From SAR202 cluster bacterium (GTDB lineage Bacteria > Chloroflexota > Dehalococcoidia > Lucifugimonadales > VGZY01), in contig VGZY01000001.1 in the NCBI GenBank assembly GCA_016872355.1, positions 33,803-97,802 on the forward strand: a stretch of DNA of 64,000 nt, read 5' to 3'. The translations under genes were made by a program, and so were the position numbers. The notes beneath the pieces are model-generated. The model worked only from the letters and a program-made list of their open reading frames with translations. It searched no databases and was not told the origin of the DNA. Shown here piece after piece: positions 48,000 to 56,317 of this stretch (position 1 is the stretch's first letter; each line of letters starts with the position of its first letter).

Positions 48000-48947
48000 A
48001 TGAAGTACTCACTTGCGGACCTGGACCGCCTCAAGTGGCTGGTCGCCAGCCAGATCTTTGCGCCGCGGCACGAAGGGTGGCTGGTCAGATCGGAGCGACA
48101 GCGTCGCGCCGCGGCGACGGCTGCGCTGGAAAATTGTCAGCACGCTGCAGCGAAGTCTGCAGACGAGGCGAATGCCCTGCGGGCATATGAGTTCATCGAC
48201 TTCGTCAGCGAAATGCCTGATGCGCAGGTCCAGGAGTTCGTGCTGCGTGAGGTGCATAGGCAGCTAACCATCGGGCGCCGTGGGTCCACGCCTGGCCATT
48301 ACCGCAAGGAGGCGGCGCGGCCGGCAGGGTACCGGCCGGCGGGGGAAGCGGACATTCCTGTGCTCGTCCGCGAACTCACAGCGTGGCTCGCTGGGGACAC
48401 GCAGACGCATACGGTGCTCAAGGCAGGCATCGCCCACATCCAGCTTCTGGCCATACACCCCTTCACCACAGGGAACGGCAGCACCACCCGGGCCGTCAGC
48501 GGCCTGTTTCTACAGAAGTCGCAATTCTCTTTTCGCAAGATGCTGAACCTGGAGCTCACTCTCGCCCATGTAAGGGACCGTTACATATCGACGGTCACGA
48601 CAACCCTTGGCGCAGAGTTTTCCAACGGATACGACGCAACGCGCTGGCTGGAGTTCTACACCGCCGCCGTAAGCATCGCTGCGCAGGACCTGGTCAACCG
48701 GCTCAACAACTGGCACAGGCTATCGCTGGACCTTGGCAAGGACGACGCGGAGATGGGGCTCCCTTCCCGGCTAGTAGATGGACACCTTTACGCGATGGGA
48801 ACGGGACAGATAACCCGCTCGGAGTACATGGACCTCACCGGGATGAGCGAGCTGGCCGCCACGCGGGACCTCGCAAAGCTGGTTGATAAAGGGCTGCTCA
48901 CGTACGAGGGGAAGACGAAGTCCAGAGTGTACCGTCCCAAGAGATAG
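48000..48947 (+). CDS. Fic-domain protein with a non-canonical active-site motif and a C-terminal wHTH
   Basis: HPFTTGNGSTTRAV at the position of HxFx(D/E)GNGRxxR. C-terminal ELAATRDLAKLVDKGLLTYEGKTKSRVY looks like a winged helix. Start uncertain (ATG 47970 or 48000). Confidence 0.75.
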   Translation: MKYSLADLDRLKWLVASQIFAPRHEGWLVRSERQRRAAATAALENCQHAAAKSADEANALRAYEFIDFVSEMPDAQVQEFVLREVHRQLTIGRRGSTPGHYRKEAARPAGYRPAGEADIPVLVRELTAWLAGDTQTHTVLKAGIAHIQLLAIHPFTTGNGSTTRAVSGLFLQKSQFSFRKMLNLELTLAHVRDRYISTVTTTLGAEFSNGYDATRWLEFYTAAVSIAAQDLVNRLNNWHRLSLDLGKDDAEMGLPSRLVDGHLYAMGTGQITRSEYMDLTGMSELAATRDLAKLVDKGLLTYEGKTKSRVYRPKR

Positions 48948-49033
48948 CTGTTGCGGAGTACAACGTATTCGCCTATAATCGATCCATGCGCCACAAATGG
49001 CGGCGCATTCACCCCACAAAGGAGGCTGGCTAG

Positions 49034-49105
49034 ATGTCTGAAATAAACATCCCCACTACACACGCAGTCGCTGCTTGCCCGGCCCCGGCGGGGGTCCGCG
49101 CCTAG
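49034..49105 (+). CDS. possible 23-aa micro-ORF (speculative)
   Basis: AAAGGAGG RBS 7 nt before the ATG. MSEINIPTTHAVAACPAPAGVRA. Followed by hairpin ggccatgg...ccatggcc plus GTTTTTGTTT (about 49135-49185). Confidence 0.25.
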   Translation: MSEINIPTTHAVAACPAPAGVRA

Positions 49106-49229
49106 TTACCGCGCCATACAGCAAGCCTCGCAGGCCATGGGCCGGCAGCACGACTGCCCGACCATGGCCGTTTTTGTTTCTCGGGCCAGGAATCGCCCGC
49201 AGGAATAGTTCAAGCTCATCTACGCGGCC

Positions 49230-50510
49230 ATGAGTCCACAGGATTCATGGCCTTTCGTTTTGCTGCATGGAGGCGGTGTCCAATTGTCAAAGCAAGATTT
49301 TTCGAAGCACCCCGAGACCGTCGACCGCTATCTGCGCGGAGCATCCAGGCAGGAGCGTCGCGGGCAGATCGAGTCGGCCCGCAAGAAGGCGGTCAGACGC
49401 AATCTGGAGCCTAAAGGACCCCGCAAAAAGGGTTGGGACGCTCTGGGCGAAGAGGCGTGGGACGACATGGGGCTGGACGCCAACGAGCGCATAATGCCCA
49501 TCGATGAGAATGACCGCCGCAAGGACCTGGCAAGGGCAGTGTTTGCGCCGCCCAGGGAGACGGAGCTCGGGACGTCGATGCCAGGCACAGACCACCCGGA
49601 GACGGCAGTCCGGGGCACTGTTCTGACGGTCAACAGCGGCCTGTGCACGGTGGAAACCGGCGATGGATCTCCCCTGCCCTGCACCATCCGTAGCTCGATC
49701 ACGGCGGCCGAGACAGGGTTCACGAACGCGGTCGCAGCCGGAGACGAAGTAATCTACACACCAGGTGTGGCGGGCGCCGGAATAATCGAGCAGGTGCTGC
49801 CCAGGAGGTCCGCGCTCACAAGGCAGGATGTGTTCCTGAAGCACCTCAGGCAGGTGGTCGTAGCCAACGCGGACCAGGTATTGATTGTCGCGTCCTGGCG
49901 CGAGCCGGTTATCTGGCTGGAGCTCATCGACCGCTACCTGATCGCGGCCAGGCGCAGCGGGCTTGGCGCAGTCGTCTGCGTCAACAAGGTAGACCTTGCG
50001 GAGAGTCTCGCAGAGGTCGACGGCGCGATGCAGCCTTACCGAGAGCTGGGGTTTGAGGTCATCAAGGCGAGCGCCCGGACCGGACAGGGCATAGAGTCGT
50101 TGCGCCAAACCCTGGAGGGCAAGGTGACCGTACTTGTCGGGATGTCCGGCGCGGGGAAATCGTCCCTCGTAACCGCGGTCCAGCCGGGGTTAACGATACG
50201 AACGTCCGAGGTGCGCGCTCAGAGCGGAGAGGGACGTCACACGACCACCCAGGCGGCACTATTCAGGCTCGCGAACTGCGGGGCGGTAGTCGACACGCCC
50301 GGTATTCGCGAGTTCGGGATCGCCGGTCTGACCAGGCGAGAGCTTGGCGGGTACTTTCCTGAGTTTGCCCGCGCGACCGTGTGCCGGTTCGCGGACTGCG
50401 CGCACATGGCTGAGCCGGACTGCGGCGTGCAGGCGGCAGTGGCGTCCGGCGCCATCGCCCGGAGCCGTTACCACAGCTACACTCTCATCTATGCCGCGCT
50501 GCCATTGTAG
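49230..50510 (+). CDS. rsgA: ribosome small-subunit-dependent GTPase A with a long N-terminal extension
   Basis: Circularly permuted GTPase: VNKVDL (G4), then GMSGAGKSSL (G1), DTPGIREF (G3), C-terminal zinc knuckle CRFADCAHMAEPDCGV. A ~130-aa basic/acidic N-terminal extension. Start uncertain. Confidence 0.85.
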   Translation: MSPQDSWPFVLLHGGGVQLSKQDFSKHPETVDRYLRGASRQERRGQIESARKKAVRRNLEPKGPRKKGWDALGEEAWDDMGLDANERIMPIDENDRRKDLARAVFAPPRETELGTSMPGTDHPETAVRGTVLTVNSGLCTVETGDGSPLPCTIRSSITAAETGFTNAVAAGDEVIYTPGVAGAGIIEQVLPRRSALTRQDVFLKHLRQVVVANADQVLIVASWREPVIWLELIDRYLIAARRSGLGAVVCVNKVDLAESLAEVDGAMQPYRELGFEVIKASARTGQGIESLRQTLEGKVTVLVGMSGAGKSSLVTAVQPGLTIRTSEVRAQSGEGRHTTTQAALFRLANCGAVVDTPGIREFGIAGLTRRELGGYFPEFARATVCRFADCAHMAEPDCGVQAAVASGAIARSRYHSYTLIYAALPL

Positions 50511-50525
50511 GTAGTTCCTGCGTCA

Positions 50526-50567
50526 CCAAGTCAAGGACCCCGACAATTGTCGGGGTCCTTGACTTGG
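50526..50567. terminator. long perfect hairpin between rsgA and the RHH gene
   Basis: ccaagtcaaggaccccgaca / tgtcggggtccttgacttgg, a 20-bp stem with a 2-nt (at) gap between the arms. Confidence 0.75.
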
Positions 50568-50607
50568 CTATCGTGCAATCAGGCAATCTTGCATATACTG
50601 CAATCCG
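50567..50607. repeat. short array of phased 8-bp repeats downstream of the RHH gene
   Basis: ggctAT|CGTGCAAT|CAGGCAAT|CTTGCATA|tactgcAAT. Same octamer family as the large arrays upstream of parA. Confidence 0.6.
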
Positions 50608-50635
50608 GTCCGAACCGCGCCTGCAGGCTCCTGCC

Positions 50636-50920
50636 CTACCCTGCCGCCGCGCTATCGTCCGCCTTTAGCGTATCCAGCCCGTGCTTGCGCATCGCCCGCT
50701 GGATGTGCGGCATGATCGCCTGCATGCAGAAGTCCTGGGCCGTCATGTCCTCGTGCGCGGAGACGATCTTGAGCTTGTGAGCTACGTCCTCCGGCATTCG
50801 GAGGATCACCGCCTTGCGCGGACCCAGGTCGTTGGCGCGGCGCAACTTTGCTGCCGGGCCGCTCCCCCGGGTATTGATAGGTTTAATGGGCTCGAAACGT
50901 TTCCCTGGCCTAACTTCCAT
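50636..50920 (-). CDS. ribbon-helix-helix (CopG/Arc/ParG-like) DNA-binding protein with a disordered basic N-terminal tail
   Basis: RKAVILRMPEDVAHKLKIVSAHEDMTAQDFCMQAIMPHIQRAM fits beta-strand/helix/helix of the RHH fold. The tail is PAAKLRRANDLGPRK. GGAGAGGAG RBS lies inside the parA 3' end, and the start overlaps the parA stop by 11 nt. Confidence 0.7.
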   Translation of the reverse strand: MEVRPGKRFEPIKPINTRGSGPAAKLRRANDLGPRKAVILRMPEDVAHKLKIVSAHEDMTAQDFCMQAIMPHIQRAMRKHGLDTLKADDSAAAG

Positions 50921-51572
50921 GTGAGCCGTTCTCCTCTCCGAAGACGATCTTGTAGAGTTTGTCCATCTCCTCCACTGCCTTGTTGTCCGCGGGCCGGTAC
51001 TCGCTTACGACCATACCCTCCGGGACCGCGCGCTTGAAGGAGACCCTGTCGCGCACTACGAAGTCCGCGACCTTTATGTTCTCGCACTGTGAGATTGCGG
51101 TATGCGCCTGCTTTGTATCGCCGTCCTTGGGGTTCGACGAGGCCCTGTTGATGACCACCCATGCCTTGAGGCCGTCGTTGGCCACCTTTGCCTCGGCGAT
51201 GCGGTCGTCCAGCAGGCCGAGCGTCCACACGTCCAGTCCGGTGGGCTGCACGGGGATGATCGCGCGGTCGGCCACGCGCAGGGCGCCTTCGATCTCCTTG
51301 CTATCGCCCGCGCCAATATCTATGACTATGTCCTCGTAACGGCGGGACATGTCTCGGACCGCCCGTGCGAGGCCCTCACCGAACTTCTGGACGCATGTCA
51401 CCGGCTTGAGCCCCTTCCCTCCCCTGGCTTCCGCCCAGTAGCTGGCGCTGCCCTGCCTGTCCGCGTCCACCACCAGCACGTCCCTGCCGGCCACCGCCCT
51501 GAGCCCGGCCAGGTTGGTAGAGAACGTGGTCTTTCCCGTTCCGCCCTTCTCTCCAATCACTGCAACTATCAT
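50910..51572 (-). CDS. parA: ParA/Soj-family deviant Walker-A ATPase (small, plasmid type Ib-like)
   Basis: MIVAVIGEKGGTGKTTFSTNLA has the KGGxGK[ST] deviant Walker A. Also VLVVDADRQGS and IVIDIGAG. About 220 aa with no N-terminal HTH. The ATG at 51572 is preferred because the longer start lies inside the repeat array. Confidence 0.85.
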   Translation of the reverse strand: MIVAVIGEKGGTGKTTFSTNLAGLRAVAGRDVLVVDADRQGSASYWAEARGGKGLKPVTCVQKFGEGLARAVRDMSRRYEDIVIDIGAGDSKEIEGALRVADRAIIPVQPTGLDVWTLGLLDDRIAEAKVANDGLKAWVVINRASSNPKDGDTKQAHTAISQCENIKVADFVVRDRVSFKRAVPEGMVVSEYRPADNKAVEEMDKLYKIVFGEENGSHGS

Positions 51573-51590
51573 GGCTGCCCACCATTGCTG

Positions 51591-53232
51591 AGAATATCTT
51601 GCAATCAAGATTCCTATCTAGCAGTCGATCTTGATGCACAGCTATATAGATAAGGTAACGGCCTCGGCGCGGTCAATGAGATTTTTGACAACGTTTAGGC
51701 GAAATATTAAGGATCGCTTGCCTCCCAGTCATCAAGATGCGGCGCATGCAAGCTATCGAGATACGCGTGGATACTTGCCATCCAGCTATATTGGCATCAT
51801 GACGTCAGGCTATCTTCTCATCGAGATGGAGAGATCGCCGGCAGACGCTGCGGACCTGCCTCATTTCGATGGCGCAAAGTTACCAGGTCGCCAATTCGCG
51901 GAGTCATCAAGTTATCCGGGTACACCTCGTAGCTCGCTTTCTTGCTTGCTTGCTGTCTTGTCATCCTGCTACCTTGCTATCCCAGTATCGAGCCATCTCG
52001 CGATCTAGTTATTCCGCCGTCAAGATATCCGCTGCCATCGCCTGCGGATGACTCGCTGTCTTGCTGTCTGGCCATCCAGCTATCTTGCTACTTTGCAAAC
52101 AAGTCATCGTGATGGCTTCAACTGGTGATCAAGTGTGAGGCGCGACCAGGACCACGGTCCATGCCGTAGGACCTCGATAGCTCGCTAGCACGCCATCTGT
52201 ATGACTTGTTATCTGATGAGGTGTGCCGGTGACACAAAAAATACCCACCGGGCGATCTGAAGCCCTGACACTATCGACCAACAGGGACTCCGGACCGATA
52301 CTCTACATAACGCACGGCAATCTCTCCAGAATGCCCGCACAGCGAAGAAACCAGTCCAGGACAGGCATTTCATTGCCATAAGCGCCGGGCAGGCCCCATA
52401 GAGCGTTATATGGAGCGGCCATTCTGCTATCTTGATATTCAGCTATCTCCAAGTGCGCCGATGCCCTGGTTACCGAATTCCGAGTCGCTTCCGTGCGCAC
52501 GTCAGCAGCGGGTCCTCGCCGAACCGCCGACCGACCAGCTGCGGAATTGCTAGCACGCTATCTAGCTGGCTTGCGTGCAAGCTATCGTGATAGGGACCCG
52601 GCGCCACGGCGAAGGACCGGCCCAGGGCCGGCGGCTTGGACTGCTGCCTTGCTATCATGCTGTCCAGTTATCTAGCTGCCATGCTAGCGGTGCATCAGAG
52701 CATCATGCTATCGCGCTATCTTCCCGCGCCGCAGAACGGCCTGACATCTGCAGGAGCCGGAGCCTGGCGGTTTCTGATAACGGACTATCTTACTATCGTG
52801 CTATCACGCCGGATTCTCTCTCTGCTGTGGCCCTACGCTCCGACGAATGCGCCAAGGGCGGCGGACGGATCGCACGCCATCTTGCTACGCAGCTAGCTTG
52901 CCAGCCTCAACGCACTGATAGTGAGATAGCTCGCTGTCTGCTCTTCAGGTCATCAAGTCATCCCTATAGATCTGCTAGCGAGCTATCCTCTGAGCCCTGT
53001 GCCGGCCTTAAAGATAACTAGCTTGAGAGATAGTATGATTGCATGATTGCTGCGCTCCCGGTCTGTCCGTATGGCGCACAGGCCTCCCGGTAGTTTGCCA
53101 TCACCCAATCAACGCATCCGCGACTCATAGGTATCTTGCTTGCAATGCATCATGCAATAGAACCGCAGGGGCTTGTGTGATAGCGGATGCTCGTGGCTAT
53201 CGTGCGATCTTGATTGCTTGCGATCCAGGATA
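51591..53232. repeat. ~1.6 kb non-coding region made of at least 12 arrays of contiguous 8-bp repeats (consensus C-T/G-T-G-C-N-A-T)
   Basis: Hand-registered arrays include the following. 51599-51646: CTTGCAAT|CAAGATTC|CTATCTAG|CAGTCGAT|CTTGATGC|ACAGCTAT. 51941-52036: 12 units, CTTGCTTG|CTTGCTGT|CTTGTCAT|CCTGCTAC|CTTGCTAT|CCCAGTAT|CGAGCCAT|CTCGCGAT|CTAGTTAT|TCCGCCGT|CAAGATAT|CCGCTGCC. 52648-52719: 9 units, CTTGCTAT|CATGCTGT|CCAGTTAT|CTAGCTGC|CATGCTAG|CGGTGCAT|CAGAGCAT|CATGCTAT|CGCGCTAT. 52789-52804. 53135-53158. 53201-53232. An 8-nt period is incompatible with coding, and only short low-quality ORFs occur here. Confidence 0.8.
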
Positions 53233-53313
53233 GGTGCAGGCGCGCATTCGCCGGGGCGTTTTCGATACAATAGCGATGTTCTATCAAACGTCCCGTGGCA
53301 CGACAGAGGTGAG

Positions 53314-53655
53314 ATGCCCGACAAGCTGGTCACACTAGCCCGGTTCTCATACGTCGCCGAGGCCAACCTGGCAAAGAGCAGGCTGGATGCGGAGGGCATC
53401 CCCGCGTTCGTCGCTGACGAGCATATGGCGACCCTTAACTACGCGCAGGCCGTTGGCGGAATCAAGCTCATGGTCCAGGAGACGGATATGGAAGAGGCGA
53501 GTCATCTGCTTGGCCTGCCTTCCGAGGGCTCTCCTGCCCCCTCCGATACCTCCTTTGCCTCCCCACACAGGAGCCCACTCAGCCTCTACATTTGGGGACT
53601 GGTTGAGGTGATAGTCCTTGTGCTTATTATCTCCCAGTTCGTCACGCGGCCGTAG
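53314..53655 (+). CDS. DUF2007-like domain protein with a C-terminal TM segment
   Basis: LVTLARFSYVAEANLAKSRLDAEGIPAFVADEHMA...GGIKLMVQETDMEEASHLL is a DUF2007 pattern. Tail LYIWGLVEVIVLVLIISQF. GAGGTGAG RBS before the ATG at 53314. Confidence 0.65.
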   Translation: MPDKLVTLARFSYVAEANLAKSRLDAEGIPAFVADEHMATLNYAQAVGGIKLMVQETDMEEASHLLGLPSEGSPAPSDTSFASPHRSPLSLYIWGLVEVIVLVLIISQFVTRP

Positions 53656-53676
53656 GCCTTTGCCGCTGGAAACAGG

Positions 53677-53719
53677 TCGCCCCGGTCGGGTATGGGAGGG
53701 CTCCCATCGACCGGGGCGA
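53677..53719. terminator. bidirectional hairpin between convergent genes
   Basis: tcgccccggtcg (53677-53688) pairs with cgaccggggcga (53708-53719). Inner atggga/tcccat stem. Confidence 0.7.
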
Positions 53720-53750
53720 AGTTGTGTCCGCTATCCTGCTTTGCCTGGCC

Positions 53751-55424
53751 CTAAATCTCGGCGTGGCCGCCGGAGACCGGGCCGCGGCCTCGCAATGGGA
53801 CCTCTTTGATGAAGTACGTGAGGAAGAGACCTACCACCACTGTCGCAAGGCTCACCGTGAACACGTCCGAGATGGCGTGAGAGAGGCCGAGTCGCAGGCC
53901 GGTGAGCATCTGCTGCGCAAGCTCTGCCCCTTGCGGGCCTGCACCGGCGAACCGCTCCTGCAGGGCCGCCAGCGCGTTGCCGCCCACCATCGCCTGCGGG
54001 TTGCCCGCAATCTCGCTTATCTGCTCGGCCGGGACCGCCTCCCTTACCGCCGGAGAGAGCGTATCGGCCAGGTGCGCCGTAAAGCGGTTGGTCATGTACG
54101 CGCCAAGAATCGCCAGCCCCAGCGATCCGCCGATTGACCGGTAGAACTGGGTAGCTGAAGTCGCCACGCCAAGGAAGCTGTGCGGCACCGCGTTCTGCAC
54201 GGCGATCGTGAACGTGGGGAAGGTCGTGCCCATCCCAAACCCCATCAGAATGATATTGAGCACTGCCAGGCCATAGCTCGTGTCCGGGGTCATCCTGGAG
54301 AGCAGGAAGATGCCGGTGGCCATTATCGAGAGGCCCACGAGACCCTGGAGGCGGTACCGCCCGCCGAAGCGGGAGAGGGCCTGCCCGGAGAGCGCGGCGC
54401 CGAACACCACGCCAAGCATCATCGGCGTAAGGAAGCTGCCGCTGCTGGTGGCAGATGCGCCCAGGACGCCCTGGAAATACAGCGGCACGAACACGATGCC
54501 GCCGAACATACCGAATCCGACGCAGAACATTATCAGCAGCGACAGGCTCACAACGGGGTTCTTGTAGATGCCCAGCGGCATGATCGGGTCTTTGGCCCTG
54601 GACTCGACGATTATGAAGAGCACTACCGCAACCGCGGAAATGGCCACGAGGCCGATCACTATCGGCGAGCTCCACTCGTACTGCACGCCGCCCATCGACA
54701 GGCCAAGCATTACCGGCACTATCGAAAGAATGAGCAGGACCACCCCAGGGATGTCCAGCGGGGCCTTGCGCGCCGAAATGTGAGACGACGGGAAGTACTT
54801 CACGAAGAGAGCGACTATCGGGATGCCTAGCGGCAGGTTGATGAAGAAGACCCAGTGCCACGAGATGTTGTCTGTGATGAAGCCGCCCAGCGTGGGGCCG
54901 ATGACTGACGAAAGGCCGAATACGGCGGAGATGATTCCCTGGTACTTGCCGCGCTCGGCAGGGGGGAAGAGGTCGCCGATCGACACAAATGCGAGCGCCA
55001 TGATTGCGCCGCCGCCGATACCCTGCAGCGCGCGGAAGAAGATAAGCTGGTTCATCGTTTGACTGAACCCGGCCAGCACCGATGTCACCAGGAATATGAC
55101 TATCGCAAGGATGTAGAAGAGCTTCCGGCCGTACAGGTCGGACAGGCGGCCGACGATCGGCACGACGGTCGTCGAGGCGACGATATAGGCGCTTGTGATC
55201 CACGTGAACTTGTCGAAGCCGCCAAGGTCGCCAACGATTCTCGGCATCGCCGTGCCCACCACCGTCTGGTCCAGCGCCGCGAGGAACAGGGCCAGCATCA
55301 GGCCGCCCATTGTCAGGAGGACCTGCCTCCTGGGCAGTGAAACGAACTCCGCCGTCGCCCCGGGACCCGCCGGCCGCCCCGCGCCGCCCTCGCCCGCCGG
55401 GGCCCCTGCCGCTTGCTCCTTCAT
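53751..55424 (-). CDS. MFS transporter, DHA2 (EmrB/QacA, 14-TM) drug:H+ antiporter family
   Basis: LDQTVVGTAMPRIVGDLGG, motif A GRLSDLYGRK, and a ~14-TM length. ATG at 55424. Confidence 0.85.
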   Translation of the reverse strand: MKEQAAGAPAGEGGAGRPAGPGATAEFVSLPRRQVLLTMGGLMLALFLAALDQTVVGTAMPRIVGDLGGFDKFTWITSAYIVASTTVVPIVGRLSDLYGRKLFYILAIVIFLVTSVLAGFSQTMNQLIFFRALQGIGGGAIMALAFVSIGDLFPPAERGKYQGIISAVFGLSSVIGPTLGGFITDNISWHWVFFINLPLGIPIVALFVKYFPSSHISARKAPLDIPGVVLLILSIVPVMLGLSMGGVQYEWSSPIVIGLVAISAVAVVLFIIVESRAKDPIMPLGIYKNPVVSLSLLIMFCVGFGMFGGIVFVPLYFQGVLGASATSSGSFLTPMMLGVVFGAALSGQALSRFGGRYRLQGLVGLSIMATGIFLLSRMTPDTSYGLAVLNIILMGFGMGTTFPTFTIAVQNAVPHSFLGVATSATQFYRSIGGSLGLAILGAYMTNRFTAHLADTLSPAVREAVPAEQISEIAGNPQAMVGGNALAALQERFAGAGPQGAELAQQMLTGLRLGLSHAISDVFTVSLATVVVGLFLTYFIKEVPLRGRGPVSGGHAEI

Positions 55425-55575
55425 GTATGCTCCTGGCCCGGCTGGCCCAGTCACGAAGAAGAGCCACCCTGATCGGGTGGCCCCTCGGTCAGCGACTTGC
55501 CAGCCGGATATTCAATCGTCCGGCTACATGCCCGGACAATTTACTTATCATACTCTTAATAGTTGTGAGCAACAA

Positions 55576-56202
55576 CTATACAAACGGCCGATTGGTTCCT
55601 CCCGCAGCTCCTCGCGCATTCAGGGCGTCGCTCAGAAAGCCCTTCGCGACGTGGACCGGAACGGCCATGGCTACCTCCGGGCCGGTGATCATCGTGTTGA
55701 TGCCGACCAGCCTGCCGTGGGCGTCCAGCATTGGCCCGCCGGAGTGGCCGGGCCGAAGGGGCAGGTTCGCCACTATCCACTCGCGCGGGCCTTCCGGCCC
55801 ATGCCACTCCTGCGACTCCAAGCCGATTACTACCCCGGCACTCACCGCGCCGGCGACGCCCCACGGGTGCCCCATGGACATAACGATCTGGCCGGGGTGG
55901 ATCTGCCTGGAGTCTCCAAGGTCCACCACCGGGAGCCCGCTCTCGCGCACCGTCAGCGCGGCGAGGTCCAGCCGCCGGTCGTAGGCCGCCACAACGGCGG
56001 GCACCTCGCGGCCGTCGGGGAGAATCACGGCGATGTCCCTGGACTGCACAACGTGCGCGTTGGTAACTATCAGGCCGTCGGCGTGCCAGATGCTGCCCGC
56101 GCCGGCGCCCCGGACCCCGTTCCGCACGTGGACCAGGCTCCGCCGCACCCCCGCAACAACACCGGCCATATCCCCGCTGAGTGCCTCAAGTAACGTCTGC
56201 AT
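55576..56202 (-). CDS. trypsin-like serine protease (S1C, no PDZ domain)
   Basis: Catalytic triad contexts TNAHVV, DLAALTV, GHSGGPMLD. 208 aa. Confidence 0.8.
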   Translation of the reverse strand: MQTLLEALSGDMAGVVAGVRRSLVHVRNGVRGAGAGSIWHADGLIVTNAHVVQSRDIAVILPDGREVPAVVAAYDRRLDLAALTVRESGLPVVDLGDSRQIHPGQIVMSMGHPWGVAGAVSAGVVIGLESQEWHGPEGPREWIVANLPLRPGHSGGPMLDAHGRLVGINTMITGPEVAMAVPVHVAKGFLSDALNARGAAGGTNRPFV

Positions 56203-56317
56203 GCGTACCTCCCGGAGTACAGTAGTAGGGAGTTGGTAGGAGGGAGATCCGACCTTGTTCTTGGCTGTTGGCCAACTACCGACTACCTACTACCTACTGC
56301 GGCTGTTTCGCATCGCC

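Noticed and set aside
51631-53021. ORFs of 86-148 aa inside the repeat field (51631-52008, 52575-53021, 52636-52896)
   Set aside because: They have no RBS, overlap each other in different frames, and their odd repetitive peptides (SSYL/AIML...) are a by-product of the 8-nt DNA repeat, which cannot keep a reading frame.
51591-53290. Chromosomal replication origin (oriC) with DnaA boxes
   Set aside because: Only loose TTATC-containing strings occur (gttatccgg, gttatctga) and there are no TTATCCACA-like clusters. No dnaA, dnaN or gid genes are nearby. The dominant signal is the 8-bp octamer array next to parA/RHH, which fits a centromere or operator better.
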